From: a bacterium | GTDB taxonomy: Bacteria > Patescibacteriota > Minisyncoccia > Phycocordibacterales > UBA10002 | Assembly: GCA_030649775.1 (NCBI GenBank) | Contig: JAUSFR010000077.1 | Location: 1-42,307, forward strand | DNA: 42,307 nucleotides | Reading direction: 5' to 3' | In this document: one piece after another, positions 22,324 to 31,019 of the stretch | How the letters are laid out: each line of letters starts with the position of its first letter | Position numbering within the stretch: the first letter of the stretch is position 1 | Notes under the pieces: generated by a model | Told to the model about the DNA's origin: nothing | Seen by the model: only the letters and a program-made list of their open reading frames with translations | The model's database searches: none | Program-made: the position numbers and the translations under genes

Positions 22324-22363
22324 AAATTACCACTTATCAGCGGTCGCTGATAAGTGGTAATTT
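22324..22363. repeat. 40-nt palindrome AAATTACCACTTATCAGCG-GT-CGCTGATAAGTGGTAATTT (downstream copy)
   Basis: Perfect 19-bp arms. The core differs from 21664-21699 only by a symmetric A/T swap and an inverted central dinucleotide. Confidence 0.9.
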
Positions 22364-22518
22364 GGAAGCGCACAAGTGAATAAATGTGTTTTGAAAGGAT
22401 GCATGTGGGGTAGGTTTGTCCCCATTTAGGGGTTAAAAATAGCTTTCTTTTACAGGGCTATTTTGATAGAATAGAGGCACTCTAAGCAGTGGTGTTTTTT
22501 TAATGTCTATTTCTAACT

Positions 22519-24603
22519 ATGGCTAAAAATAAGGAGGAAAAGAAGGAGAAAACTGGGCAGTATGATGCCTCTTCCATTACCGTTCTTGAGGGGCTGGAAC
22601 CGGTGCGCAAGCGCCCCGGAATGTATATCGGTACGACCGGTCCCGATGGCTTACACCACCTCATTACCGAAATTTTTGACAACTCACGCGACGAAGCGAT
22701 GGGTGGTTTTTGTACGGATATTGAAGTTGTACTACTCCCCAACAATCGTGTACGCGTCACCGACAACGGCCGTGGTATTCCCGTAGACACACACAAATCA
22801 ACAAAGGTTTCCGCCCTTGAGACGATTATGACCACACTTCACGCCGGAGGAAAGTTTGGTGGTGAAGGATACAAGGTTTCCGGAGGTCTGCACGGCGTGG
22901 GTGCGTCCGTGGTGAATGCCCTCTCAATTTACCTTGAAGTGGTGGTCCATCGCGACGGGGGTATTTTTATGCAGGAGTACAAACAGGGAAAGCGCAAAGC
23001 ACAGGTGAAGAAGATAGGCAAGAGCGACCTGCACGGCACGATTGTCACCTTTGAACCCGATAAAGAGATTTTTAAGGAGGGGGTGGAGTTCAATTTTGAG
23101 CGGGTAGTGAGTCACATGCGTCAGCAGGCATATCTTGTGCGTGGACTACGTATCAGTGTACTGGACGCGCGTTCGCTTCCCTCCGTTGATACCGCGGAAG
23201 TCTTTTACCTTCGCGAGCTTGGCCTTGATGTACCTTCGCAAACCTTTTACTTTGAGGGTGGGCTTCTCTCGCTCGTAAAGCACTACAACGCAAGCTACAA
23301 ACCAGTTCACAAGAACATTTTTTACATCGAGAAGAAAGTGGAGGGTGTGGAGTCGGTTGAGGTGGCATTACAATATGTGGATGACATCTCGTCCCGTATG
23401 ATGCCGTTTGCAAACAACATCCATACGCCCGAAGGTGGTACACATGTGACGGGCTTCAAGACGGCGCTTACGAGGACGCTCAACTCCTACGCTCGAAAAA
23501 ACGAATACATCAAAGAGAGTGAAGAGAACTTTACCGGAGAAGATGTGCTGGAAGGTCTTACGGTCGTCATCTCGGTCAAACTTCGCGAAATTCAATTTGA
23601 AGGACAAACAAAAGCCAAGCTCGGGAGCGTGGAGGCGCAGAGTGCCGTCGCGACGGTCTTTGGAGAGTCCTTTACCGCGTTTCTTGAAGAAAATCCCGAC
23701 GATGCGCGCGCAATGGTGAGCAAAGTTATTCTCGCGCTTAAAGCCCGTAAAGCAGCCAAGGCCGCCAAAGATTCGGTACTTCGCAAGGGTGCCCTAGAGG
23801 GAATGACACTCCCCGGTAAGCTTGCCGACTGCGAAACCAAGAGTGCCGAAGAAGCAGAGGTCTTCATTGTGGAGGGAGATTCGGCAGGTGGTAGCGCGAA
23901 GCAAGGTCGCGACCGCAGGACGCAGGCCATCCTTCCGCTCCGCGGAAAAGTGCTGAACGTCGAGCGCGCGCGCCTTGATAAAATACTGGCATTCGCCGAG
24001 ATTAAGGCTCTTGTCATAGCGCTCGGTACCGGTATCTCCGATTCATTTGACGTCAGCAAACTTCGTTACCACAAAGTCATCATCGCGACCGATGCCGACG
24101 TTGACGGCGCGCACATCCGGACGCTCCTCCTCACGCTCTTTTTCCGCTACTTTAGACAATTGATTGACGGAGGTTTTATCTACATCGCTCAACCGCCACT
24201 CTACAAGGTGAAGCGCGGCAAGGAGTTTTACTATTTCTACTCTGACGAAGAGAAAAACGCCTTCTTGAAGAAAGAGGGAATTGAAGTGCAGGAAGTTGAG
24301 GAGGGAGGCGAGACAGAAGAAGAAATTGAGGGTGAAGAGGAGAAGAAAGAAGAAAAAAGCTCGAAGCTCGAAGCTCGAAGAAGCCAAAAAGTGAGCATTC
24401 AACGCTACAAAGGTCTTGGAGAAATGAACCCCGAAGAACTCTGGGAAACCACGATGGACCCCGAGCACCGTGTGTTAAAGCAGGTCACGGTAGAAGACGC
24501 GCAGGATGCCGACAAAGTCTTTGATATCTTGATGGGGGAGGATGTGCCGTCGCGTAAATCATTCATCCAATCAAACGCCACCAAAGCAACGCTGGATATT
24601 TAA
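22519..24603 (+). CDS. gyrB: DNA gyrase subunit B
   Basis: 694 aa. LEGLEPVRKRPGMYIG, EGDSAGGSAKQGRDR, PLRGKVLNVE and QRYKGLGEMNPEELWETTM. Carries an acidic insert with a heptamer array. Confidence 0.95.
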   Translation: MAKNKEEKKEKTGQYDASSITVLEGLEPVRKRPGMYIGTTGPDGLHHLITEIFDNSRDEAMGGFCTDIEVVLLPNNRVRVTDNGRGIPVDTHKSTKVSALETIMTTLHAGGKFGGEGYKVSGGLHGVGASVVNALSIYLEVVVHRDGGIFMQEYKQGKRKAQVKKIGKSDLHGTIVTFEPDKEIFKEGVEFNFERVVSHMRQQAYLVRGLRISVLDARSLPSVDTAEVFYLRELGLDVPSQTFYFEGGLLSLVKHYNASYKPVHKNIFYIEKKVEGVESVEVALQYVDDISSRMMPFANNIHTPEGGTHVTGFKTALTRTLNSYARKNEYIKESEENFTGEDVLEGLTVVISVKLREIQFEGQTKAKLGSVEAQSAVATVFGESFTAFLEENPDDARAMVSKVILALKARKAAKAAKDSVLRKGALEGMTLPGKLADCETKSAEEAEVFIVEGDSAGGSAKQGRDRRTQAILPLRGKVLNVERARLDKILAFAEIKALVIALGTGISDSFDVSKLRYHKVIIATDADVDGAHIRTLLLTLFFRYFRQLIDGGFIYIAQPPLYKVKRGKEFYYFYSDEEKNAFLKKEGIEVQEVEEGGETEEEIEGEEEKKEEKSSKLEARRSQKVSIQRYKGLGEMNPEELWETTMDPEHRVLKQVTVEDAQDADKVFDILMGEDVPSRKSFIQSNATKATLDI
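24359..24379 (+). repeat. tandem heptamers GCTCGAA x3 inside gyrB
   Basis: Read directly from the sequence. Encodes SKLEARR within an acidic insert. Confidence 0.85.
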
Positions 24604-24605
24604 CT

Positions 24606-24992
24606 ATGGCTCCGTTTGAACAAATCTCACAAACAGAGAAAGGAGGTCGAGAAAACGAAAAATTCGACGAGTACCTTTTGAAATTGTGGCATCGGTTTAA
24701 CTTTAAGAGTACTCCACCGCTTAAGGGAAGTGTCGCGGAAAGGCGTCTTCATGATGCGTGTAATCGATATACTCAATATATTACGAATGACGACCTTAAA
24801 AGGCTTCCGCAGTCAGACCAGAACCGTCGGAATCTTCACAACGAAATTGCCATTATGCTTGTGGGGAAACAGCGTTCTGGTATGGGGTTTACCGATGCAG
24901 AAAAAATAGCGGAATTCGCCTGTGAACTTAGTTTGGGTTGTACGTTGCAGGAAGCGGAACATTATAGCGCAAAAGAGGAAAGAAGTTGGTAA
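24606..24992 (+). CDS. hypothetical protein
   Basis: 128 aa. The ATG lies 2 nt after the gyrB stop. No recognisable family. Confidence 0.5.
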   Translation: MAPFEQISQTEKGGRENEKFDEYLLKLWHRFNFKSTPPLKGSVAERRLHDACNRYTQYITNDDLKRLPQSDQNRRNLHNEIAIMLVGKQRSGMGFTDAEKIAEFACELSLGCTLQEAEHYSAKEERSW

Positions 24993-24996
24993 GAAA

Positions 24997-25025
24997 ACAG
25001 GTCGACCGTGAGGCGGTCGACCTGT
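24997..25025. terminator. bidirectional hairpin ACAGGTCGACCG-TGAGG-CGGTCGACCTGT between convergent genes
   Basis: Perfect 12-bp stem. Confidence 0.55.
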
Positions 25026-25038
25026 AAGCTGGTTTCAG

Positions 25039-25263
25039 CTAGGCGAGTTCGGTCAGTGACGAACTCGCGAAGTTTTTCTCCTTCCAAATGACCTCGTTGT
25101 AGTAGGTACCGTCTCCGTTATCCCGATTGGTGACTACGGGAACGCTACCCGCTGTGCGAAGAATACTCATTTCATCAGGGGTGACGTTGTACAAAGCCCG
25201 GTCTTCACCCCAACTGGAGGTCTGTTCTGAAAAGATTTCATCCGCTGTCTTTTGTGTACTCAT
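25039..25263 (-). CDS. hypothetical small protein
   Basis: 74 aa. Last gene of the dnaE-thrS minus-strand run. Confidence 0.45.
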   Translation of the reverse strand: MSTQKTADEIFSEQTSSWGEDRALYNVTPDEMSILRTAGSVPVVTNRDNGDGTYYNEVIWKEKNFASSSLTELA

Positions 25264-25316
25264 GCGACCTGCATAATAACATATAATATTGAAGAATGCA
25301 AGGTTACCCTCCGAGG

Positions 25317-27068
25317 CTATTTCTTTTCCGTAATTTCTTTGAGTAGTCTGGAAGACAGCTCGGTGAGGGGGAGCGTGTCTTTACTGCCAGCTCGGCTCTC
25401 TAGTGTCACGGTTTTGTCGGTCTCTTCTTTGGCTCCGACGACTAGGAAGTACGGGACTTTTTCTATCTTCGCGCTCCGTACTTTTTTGCCGAGTGTTTCG
25501 TTTGACTCATCAAGTTCCGAGCGGACACCGGCATCTACAAGCGATTGGTGGACCGACTTCGCGTAGTCCAAAAACTTCTCTCCTACCGGAAGAATCTTTA
25601 CCTGCACCGGCGAGAGCCAAAGGGGGAACGCGCCGGCGAAGTGTTCAATAATGATAGAGAGATAGCGTTCTATGGAACCCATAATGGCGGCGTGAATCAT
25701 CACCACTCTTTCTTTTGTTCCTGCCTCGTTTGTGAATTCAAGTTCAAATCTCTCCGGCATATTCATATCAAGCTGAATGGTCGCCACCTGCCATTCTCTG
25801 CCGAGTGAATCCTTCGCCATAAAGTCTACCTTTGGTCCGTAGAAAGCTGCCTCACCAAGAGCTTCAATCGCCGTCGCGCCTTTTTCTTTTACCAGTGCGC
25901 GAAGTTCATTCTCCGATTTCTCCCACGTTTCTGTCGTTCCCAAATACTTCTCCATCTGCTTCGGGTCATGGAGGGAAAGTCGGGGGGTGAGGGTAAAGCC
26001 AACGGCTCCGTAAAAAATCTCTATAATGTTCCAAATCTTACCCATTTCTTCCTTTACTTGGTCGGGACGACAAAAGACGTGCGCATCATCCTGGGTAATG
26101 GCGCGTACGCGCGAAAGACCCGAAAGTTCTCCGGTCTGTTCATCGCGGTACACCATCGTCGTGTTTGCATAGCGCTGGGGAAGCTCACGGTAGCTCCACG
26201 CCTTTCGTGCATAGATTTGGGTATGGTGCGGACAGTTCATCGGCTTCATCGCGAACTCGTGTTTCTCGCGCGTGCTCACGCGGAAAAGTTCGTCCTTAAA
26301 CTTCTGCCAGTGGCCACTCTTTTCGTACAGGTCCTTTTTGGTGATATGCGGGATTTCAACCTTCTGATACCCTTCCTTTTTTCGGAGTTCCCACACAAAG
26401 TCGTCCAAAGTGTTTCGGAGCATCGTTCCCTTCGGCGTCCAGAGGGGAAGACCCGCTCCTACCAATTCGGAAAAGGTAAAGAGGTCAAGTTCCTTCCCGA
26501 GCTTTTTATGGTCGCGTTTCTCGGCTTCTGTGCGTTGCGTCACATACGCCTCAAGCTTTTCCTTAGTTTCAAACGCGAGGCCGTAAATGCGGGTGAGCAT
26601 CTTATTTTTTTCATCGCCACGCCAGTACGCTCCCGCGATGCGGTCCAGTTTCCAACCTGCGTTTCGCATTTCTTTCGCGTCGTTCGTGTGCCCGCCACGA
26701 CAAAGGTCGGTAAACGTACCCGAGGTATAGAGCGTGATTTTTTCACCCTTCTCCTCAATGCCATCAATGAGTTCCAGTTTATAGGGATTACCGTCAAACC
26801 GCTTTCGCGCCTCGGCAGGAGTTACTTCTTGCCCCTCAAAGCCTTTCCAGCTTTTTACAATCTCTCGCATCTTGTTCTCAATCGTTCCAAGGTCGGCCTC
26901 ACTCGGGGGGGTGGTGAACTCGCAGTCATAGTAAAAACCGTTATCAATTGAGGGACCCAAGGTGAGCTTGGTATCGGGGTAAAGTTCCAGCACCGCCGCG
27001 GCGAGCAGGTGGGCGAGCGAGTGGCGGATATGAGATAGGTGTTCATTCTCTGACATGGAGGAAATCAT
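25317..27068 (-). CDS. thrS: threonine--tRNA ligase (no TGS domain)
   Basis: 583 aa. Starts at the editing/SAD region HSLAHLLAAAV, and has the class II core and a C-terminal anticodon-binding domain. Confidence 0.93.
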   Translation of the reverse strand: MISSMSENEHLSHIRHSLAHLLAAAVLELYPDTKLTLGPSIDNGFYYDCEFTTPPSEADLGTIENKMREIVKSWKGFEGQEVTPAEARKRFDGNPYKLELIDGIEEKGEKITLYTSGTFTDLCRGGHTNDAKEMRNAGWKLDRIAGAYWRGDEKNKMLTRIYGLAFETKEKLEAYVTQRTEAEKRDHKKLGKELDLFTFSELVGAGLPLWTPKGTMLRNTLDDFVWELRKKEGYQKVEIPHITKKDLYEKSGHWQKFKDELFRVSTREKHEFAMKPMNCPHHTQIYARKAWSYRELPQRYANTTMVYRDEQTGELSGLSRVRAITQDDAHVFCRPDQVKEEMGKIWNIIEIFYGAVGFTLTPRLSLHDPKQMEKYLGTTETWEKSENELRALVKEKGATAIEALGEAAFYGPKVDFMAKDSLGREWQVATIQLDMNMPERFELEFTNEAGTKERVVMIHAAIMGSIERYLSIIIEHFAGAFPLWLSPVQVKILPVGEKFLDYAKSVHQSLVDAGVRSELDESNETLGKKVRSAKIEKVPYFLVVGAKEETDKTVTLESRAGSKDTLPLTELSSRLLKEITEKK

Positions 27069-27108
27069 ACTACACTTTATAAACTTTATGAACTTTTGAC
27101 TTTATAAA

Positions 27109-30100
27109 CTATTTGAGTTCTTTTACTTTCTCCGCTATCAGCGAAGGGGTCCCGTTTCGGGTGGAGTAACGGCCTTTGATGGCGATACAACTTTCGGAAG
27201 CGAGCAGTTTTTTGAATTCCTCGTACACTTTTGGGAACACTACCACTTCAAGTGTGGAGGTGAAGTCGGCGACACGCAGAAATGCCATCGTATCGTTCTT
27301 TTTCGTAATGATGGGTTTTACTTCTTCAATAATTCCGCCGATAACAACGGTCATGCCTTCACGCATTTCTTCTTTTACGCGCGCGATGGTGAACTCGCGC
27401 TTTTCCAGAATGTCGCGAAACTTATCAAGCGGATGTCCGGAAATATAGAGACCAAGGAGCTCTTTTTCCCACGCGAGTTTTTCCTCCATTGTGGCGGGTA
27501 CGGCTTCAAGGAGCTTAAGCGATGGCATCGCAATCGCACTTCCAAGACCGCCAAAAAGCGAGTCCTGACCCGCGGGTCCCTTCCCGCTTTGTTTGCTTTG
27601 TTCAAGGAGAAGTTCAATGTTTGCGAGCATCTGCCCACGTTCACCAAACTCATCAAGCGCTCCGGCTTTGATAAGCGCCTCAAGGGATTTTTTGTTCAGG
27701 CCTGCCTGCCGCGACGTGCCTTGCGGCGCAGGCAGGTTGCGGTCGTTTACGCGTTCCAAGAAATCCGCGAGAGATTTAAACGGTCCGCGCTCCTTTCGTT
27801 CTTTGATAATGGTATGCGAAATGCCTTCACCGAAGTTTTTGATGGTCATCAGGCCAAATCTAATCTTGTCAGTTGTAAGTTGAGGCTTCACCACGGTGAA
27901 TTGGCTGTAACTTTCATTTATAGACGGTGGCAAAACTGGTATTCCCATTCGTTTACACTCGTGAATGATTTCTCCCACTTTTTCCACATCACCCGATTCG
28001 GCGGTAAGCACCGCGGACATATAGATAGCGGGGAAGTTTGCCTTCATATACGCCGTTTGGTACGCGACACGGCCGTAGCTCGCGGCGTGCGCCTTTCCGA
28101 AACCGTACGCGGCGAAGGGCTCAATAAGGCTCCAGAGTTTGTCCGCTTTTTCTTTGGTGAGCCCATTCTTCACGAAACCGGCGAGCAGTTTTTCTTTTTG
28201 TGCTTCCATTTCCGCGGGGATTTTCTTTCCCATCGCTTTGCGGAGTTTATCGGCTTCAAGCCAGCTGTATCCGGCGAGCTTAATGGAGATAAGGAGCACG
28301 TCGTCTTGGTAGGTGATGACGCCGTAAGAGTCTGCAAGAATTTCCTTGAGGCGCGGGTCCAGATATTGCACCAGTCCTGGTTTGTGTTTACGTTCAATGT
28401 ACTGCGGAATAGACTCCATCGGACCGGGGCGGTAGAGCGCGACCATTGCGTTGATATCGTGAATGGAAGACGGCTTCAGCTCTTTGAGATAACGCGTCAT
28501 ACCTGCGCCGTTTAGCTGAAAGAGACCTCCGGTTTCGCCGAGCGCGAGCATATCAAAGGTCTTTTTGTCGGCGAGTGGAACGTTTTCAATATCAATCGTG
28601 ATGCCGTCAATTTTCTGTACACGGTCTACCGCGTCCGCGAGAATGGATAGGTTCCTGATGCCGAGAAAGTCAAACTTGAGGAGGCCCGCGTCTTCGACCG
28701 CGTGCATATCGTACTGGGTAATGAGCTTTCCGCCTTTGGGGTCGAGCTGGAGCGGGACGAAATCGGTGAGCGCGGTTGGGGCGATAACGACACCCGCCGC
28801 GTGCACGCTGATGTGGCGGGCGCACCCTTCAATTTTCTTCGCCATATCAATCACGGTCTTCGTATCCGCGTCGTCTTTATAGAGTTTTGAAAGTTCGGGG
28901 ACAAGTTCAAGCGCGCGGTCTATGGACATCGGGAAACCCTGCGAGCCAAAGGGGATGAGCTTCGCGATGCGGTCGCCGAGGGAATATTCAAACCCCATCG
29001 CGCGCGCGATGTCGCGCACGCTTCCACGCGCCATCATCGTTCCGAAGGTTCCAATCTGGGCTACTTTATCCGCCCCGTATTTCTTTTTCGCGTACTCTAT
29101 CATTTCGTCGCGCCGATTATCGGCGTAGTCCATATCAATATCGGGCGCGGACGGACGTTCGGGGTTGAGGAAGCGTTCAAAGGGAAGTTTGTATTCAAAC
29201 GGGTCTACGTTCGTGATGCCGGCAAGGTAGGTCACCATTGAACCTGCGACCGAGCCACGAATGGTTGTGAGAATGCCCTGTTCGTGCGCGAAACGGAGGA
29301 GGTCGGCGACCACGAGAAAGTAAGGGGCGTAGCCCTTGGTTTTGATAATCCCGAGTTCGTAGGCAACGCGTTTTAGAAGCTCCGGCGTCTGCTCCATGTT
29401 CCGACGCTCTATACCTGACGTCACCATTTTCTGAAGCTCGTCGTCGTAACTCTCGCCGTTTTTGGTTTTGTAGTCGGGGAAGACCCATTTGCCGAGCGTG
29501 AGTTCAAGAGTGCACGCGTCAGCGATTTTGCCGGTATTTGCAATGGCTTCAGGAATGTCGGCAAACAGCCCCACAACCTTTTCGGGCGGTAAAAATGAAA
29601 AATCAGAATCGTCCGTGCGCATATCCTTCGGCTCACCTTGTGAATTAACGAGAAGAAGTGTTTCGCGCGCCTTTTTTTCTTCGGGGAAGAGATAGTAGAC
29701 CTCTTGCGACGCAACAAGTGGTACGTTGTGCTTCTGTCCGAACGCAATTACTTTTTTCATCAGCTCGTCGTGTCCTTCAATCTGGGGGTGCCGACTCACT
29801 TCAAGATAAAAACCGTCCTTGCCGAAGAGGTCTTGATAGTAGTTGAGGCGTGCGAGCGCCGATTCGTCGTCGGCCGTTGAGATAAAAGGGTGAATATCGG
29901 CATCAAACGCAGGCGCAATCGCAAAGAGCCCCTCGGCGTGCTCGGCGAGAATTTCGCGGTCAATGCGCGGTTTGTAGTAAAAGCCTTCAAGGCTGGCGCG
30001 ACTTGCGAGCTTCAAAAGATTGCGATATCCGATTTCATTCTTGGCAAGAAGAAGCAGACGGTGCCTGCGATTATCTACACCGGTTTGCTTGTCCAGCCTT

Positions 30101-30321
30101 GTACGAACTGCCATATACGCGTGCATGCCGATAATGGGTTTCAGTCCCGCACTCTTGCATTCCTTATAAAACTCTATCGCTCCGTACAGGTTGCCGTTGT
30201 CGGTGAGGGCAAGGGCCGTCAATCCTTGTTTTTTTGCATACGCGACAAGGTCGGGAATCTTCGGCAAGGCCGACAGTAAGCTATAGTGGCTATGCACGTT
30301 TAGAGGTACAAATTTTGACAT
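27109..30321 (-). CDS. dnaE: DNA polymerase III alpha subunit
   Basis: 1070 aa. PHP N-terminus VHSHYSLL, polymerase core, and a C-terminal OB fold. Confidence 0.95.
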   Translation of the reverse strand: MSKFVPLNVHSHYSLLSALPKIPDLVAYAKKQGLTALALTDNGNLYGAIEFYKECKSAGLKPIIGMHAYMAVRTRLDKQTGVDNRRHRLLLLAKNEIGYRNLLKLASRASLEGFYYKPRIDREILAEHAEGLFAIAPAFDADIHPFISTADDESALARLNYYQDLFGKDGFYLEVSRHPQIEGHDELMKKVIAFGQKHNVPLVASQEVYYLFPEEKKARETLLLVNSQGEPKDMRTDDSDFSFLPPEKVVGLFADIPEAIANTGKIADACTLELTLGKWVFPDYKTKNGESYDDELQKMVTSGIERRNMEQTPELLKRVAYELGIIKTKGYAPYFLVVADLLRFAHEQGILTTIRGSVAGSMVTYLAGITNVDPFEYKLPFERFLNPERPSAPDIDMDYADNRRDEMIEYAKKKYGADKVAQIGTFGTMMARGSVRDIARAMGFEYSLGDRIAKLIPFGSQGFPMSIDRALELVPELSKLYKDDADTKTVIDMAKKIEGCARHISVHAAGVVIAPTALTDFVPLQLDPKGGKLITQYDMHAVEDAGLLKFDFLGIRNLSILADAVDRVQKIDGITIDIENVPLADKKTFDMLALGETGGLFQLNGAGMTRYLKELKPSSIHDINAMVALYRPGPMESIPQYIERKHKPGLVQYLDPRLKEILADSYGVITYQDDVLLISIKLAGYSWLEADKLRKAMGKKIPAEMEAQKEKLLAGFVKNGLTKEKADKLWSLIEPFAAYGFGKAHAASYGRVAYQTAYMKANFPAIYMSAVLTAESGDVEKVGEIIHECKRMGIPVLPPSINESYSQFTVVKPQLTTDKIRFGLMTIKNFGEGISHTIIKERKERGPFKSLADFLERVNDRNLPAPQGTSRQAGLNKKSLEALIKAGALDEFGERGQMLANIELLLEQSKQSGKGPAGQDSLFGGLGSAIAMPSLKLLEAVPATMEEKLAWEKELLGLYISGHPLDKFRDILEKREFTIARVKEEMREGMTVVIGGIIEEVKPIITKKNDTMAFLRVADFTSTLEVVVFPKVYEEFKKLLASESCIAIKGRYSTRNGTPSLIAEKVKELK
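27701..27736. repeat. 36-nt GC-rich palindromic element inserted in frame in dnaE
   Basis: CCTGCCTGC...GCAGGCAGG arms. Encodes LPAPQGTSRQAG. The same arms form the palindrome at 36359-36378. Confidence 0.75.
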
Positions 30322-30468
30322 ATAGATAGCTAGTGGCTACTTGCCCCGTGGGAGCGGAGCGACTTTACGGGGTGCACACTCCGGGGGGTATACGACATCC
30401 CGCTAGTATACGTTTTCCACAGTTGCTAAACAATCCGCCTGCAAGGTGATATACTTACTCCACCATTA

Positions 30469-30534
30469 GTTTAGAACTCTTATGAACCCCACATCATTCA
30501 AAAAGGGTTTTACCCTCATAGAACTCCTCGTTGT
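30469..30534 (+). repeat. 66-nt block identical to 31007-31072 (pilin 5' region including 13 nt upstream)
   Basis: GTTTAGAACTCTT-ATGAACCCCACATCATTCAAAAAGGGTTTTACCCTCATAGAACTCCTCGTTGT is identical in both copies. Confidence 0.9.
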
Positions 30535-31006
30535 TATCGCGATTATCGGCCTGCTTTCATCCATCGTGTTCGCCAGCCTCACAAGTGCCCGTAAAAAAGC
30601 GAGGGATGCACGGCGACTTAGTGACGTGGCTACGATTAGAACCGCACTTAATCTCTATGCCTCGGACACTGGGGTATTTCCAGACGGAAACTTTTTCACT
30701 GCCGGAAATTTAGCGAATACCCCGGGTAACCGGTGGTCAATTTTGGAAGGATTAGTGAATGGGAAATTACCAACTGACCCGTTGTTGAATTGTTGGAGTG
30801 GACTAGACTCATCAGGGCAGGCGTGTACGGGCACTGGGTACTATGAGTACTGGAAAAGCTATCCTATTGGCACAGCGGGGGCCACTACCTGTTTTGGGAA
30901 AACAATACTGCGAATGTACGGAGGTATGGAAGCCGGACCCCAAATACATCAATGTGACGAACAATACGCCGGAAACGCGGTATCGGATTTTCTCTTCAAG
31001 CCGTAG
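30482..31006 (+). CDS. type IV pilin-like protein (prepilin N-terminal methylation motif)
   Basis: 174 aa. KGFTLIELLVVIAIIGLL. Confidence 0.85.
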   Translation: MNPTSFKKGFTLIELLVVIAIIGLLSSIVFASLTSARKKARDARRLSDVATIRTALNLYASDTGVFPDGNFFTAGNLANTPGNRWSILEGLVNGKLPTDPLLNCWSGLDSSGQACTGTGYYEYWKSYPIGTAGATTCFGKTILRMYGGMEAGPQIHQCDEQYAGNAVSDFLFKP

Positions 31007-31019
31007 GTTTAGAACTCTT

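Noticed and set aside
21664-22363. Reading the paired 36-nt palindromes (also 8137-8681 and 34452-35158) as mini CRISPR arrays
   Set aside because: There are only two copies per locus, the 'spacer' is a 470-610-nt protein-coding gene, each locus has a different repeat, and no cas1 or leader is present. The Cas2-like fold similarity is noted, but this is not a CRISPR array.
22464-22472. Extended -10-like TGATAGAAT upstream of gyrB
   Set aside because: No acceptable -35 box lies at 16-18-nt spacing, and it is 45 nt from the ATG. Too weak to report as a feature.
25968-26951. 327-aa plus-strand ORF
   Set aside because: It lies entirely antisense to thrS, which has unmistakable class II synthetase motifs. 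The composition (Arg/Leu/Gly-rich, no motifs) is that of a shadow ORF.
27433-28515. 360-aa plus-strand ORF
   Set aside because: It is antisense to dnaE. A shadow ORF with no recognisable motifs.
30843-31019. N-terminal extension of the second pilin ORF
   Set aside because: The extension overlaps the first pilin gene in another frame. The conserved prepilin leader MNPTSFKKGFTLIELL starts at 31020, preceded by the same 13 nt as the first gene.
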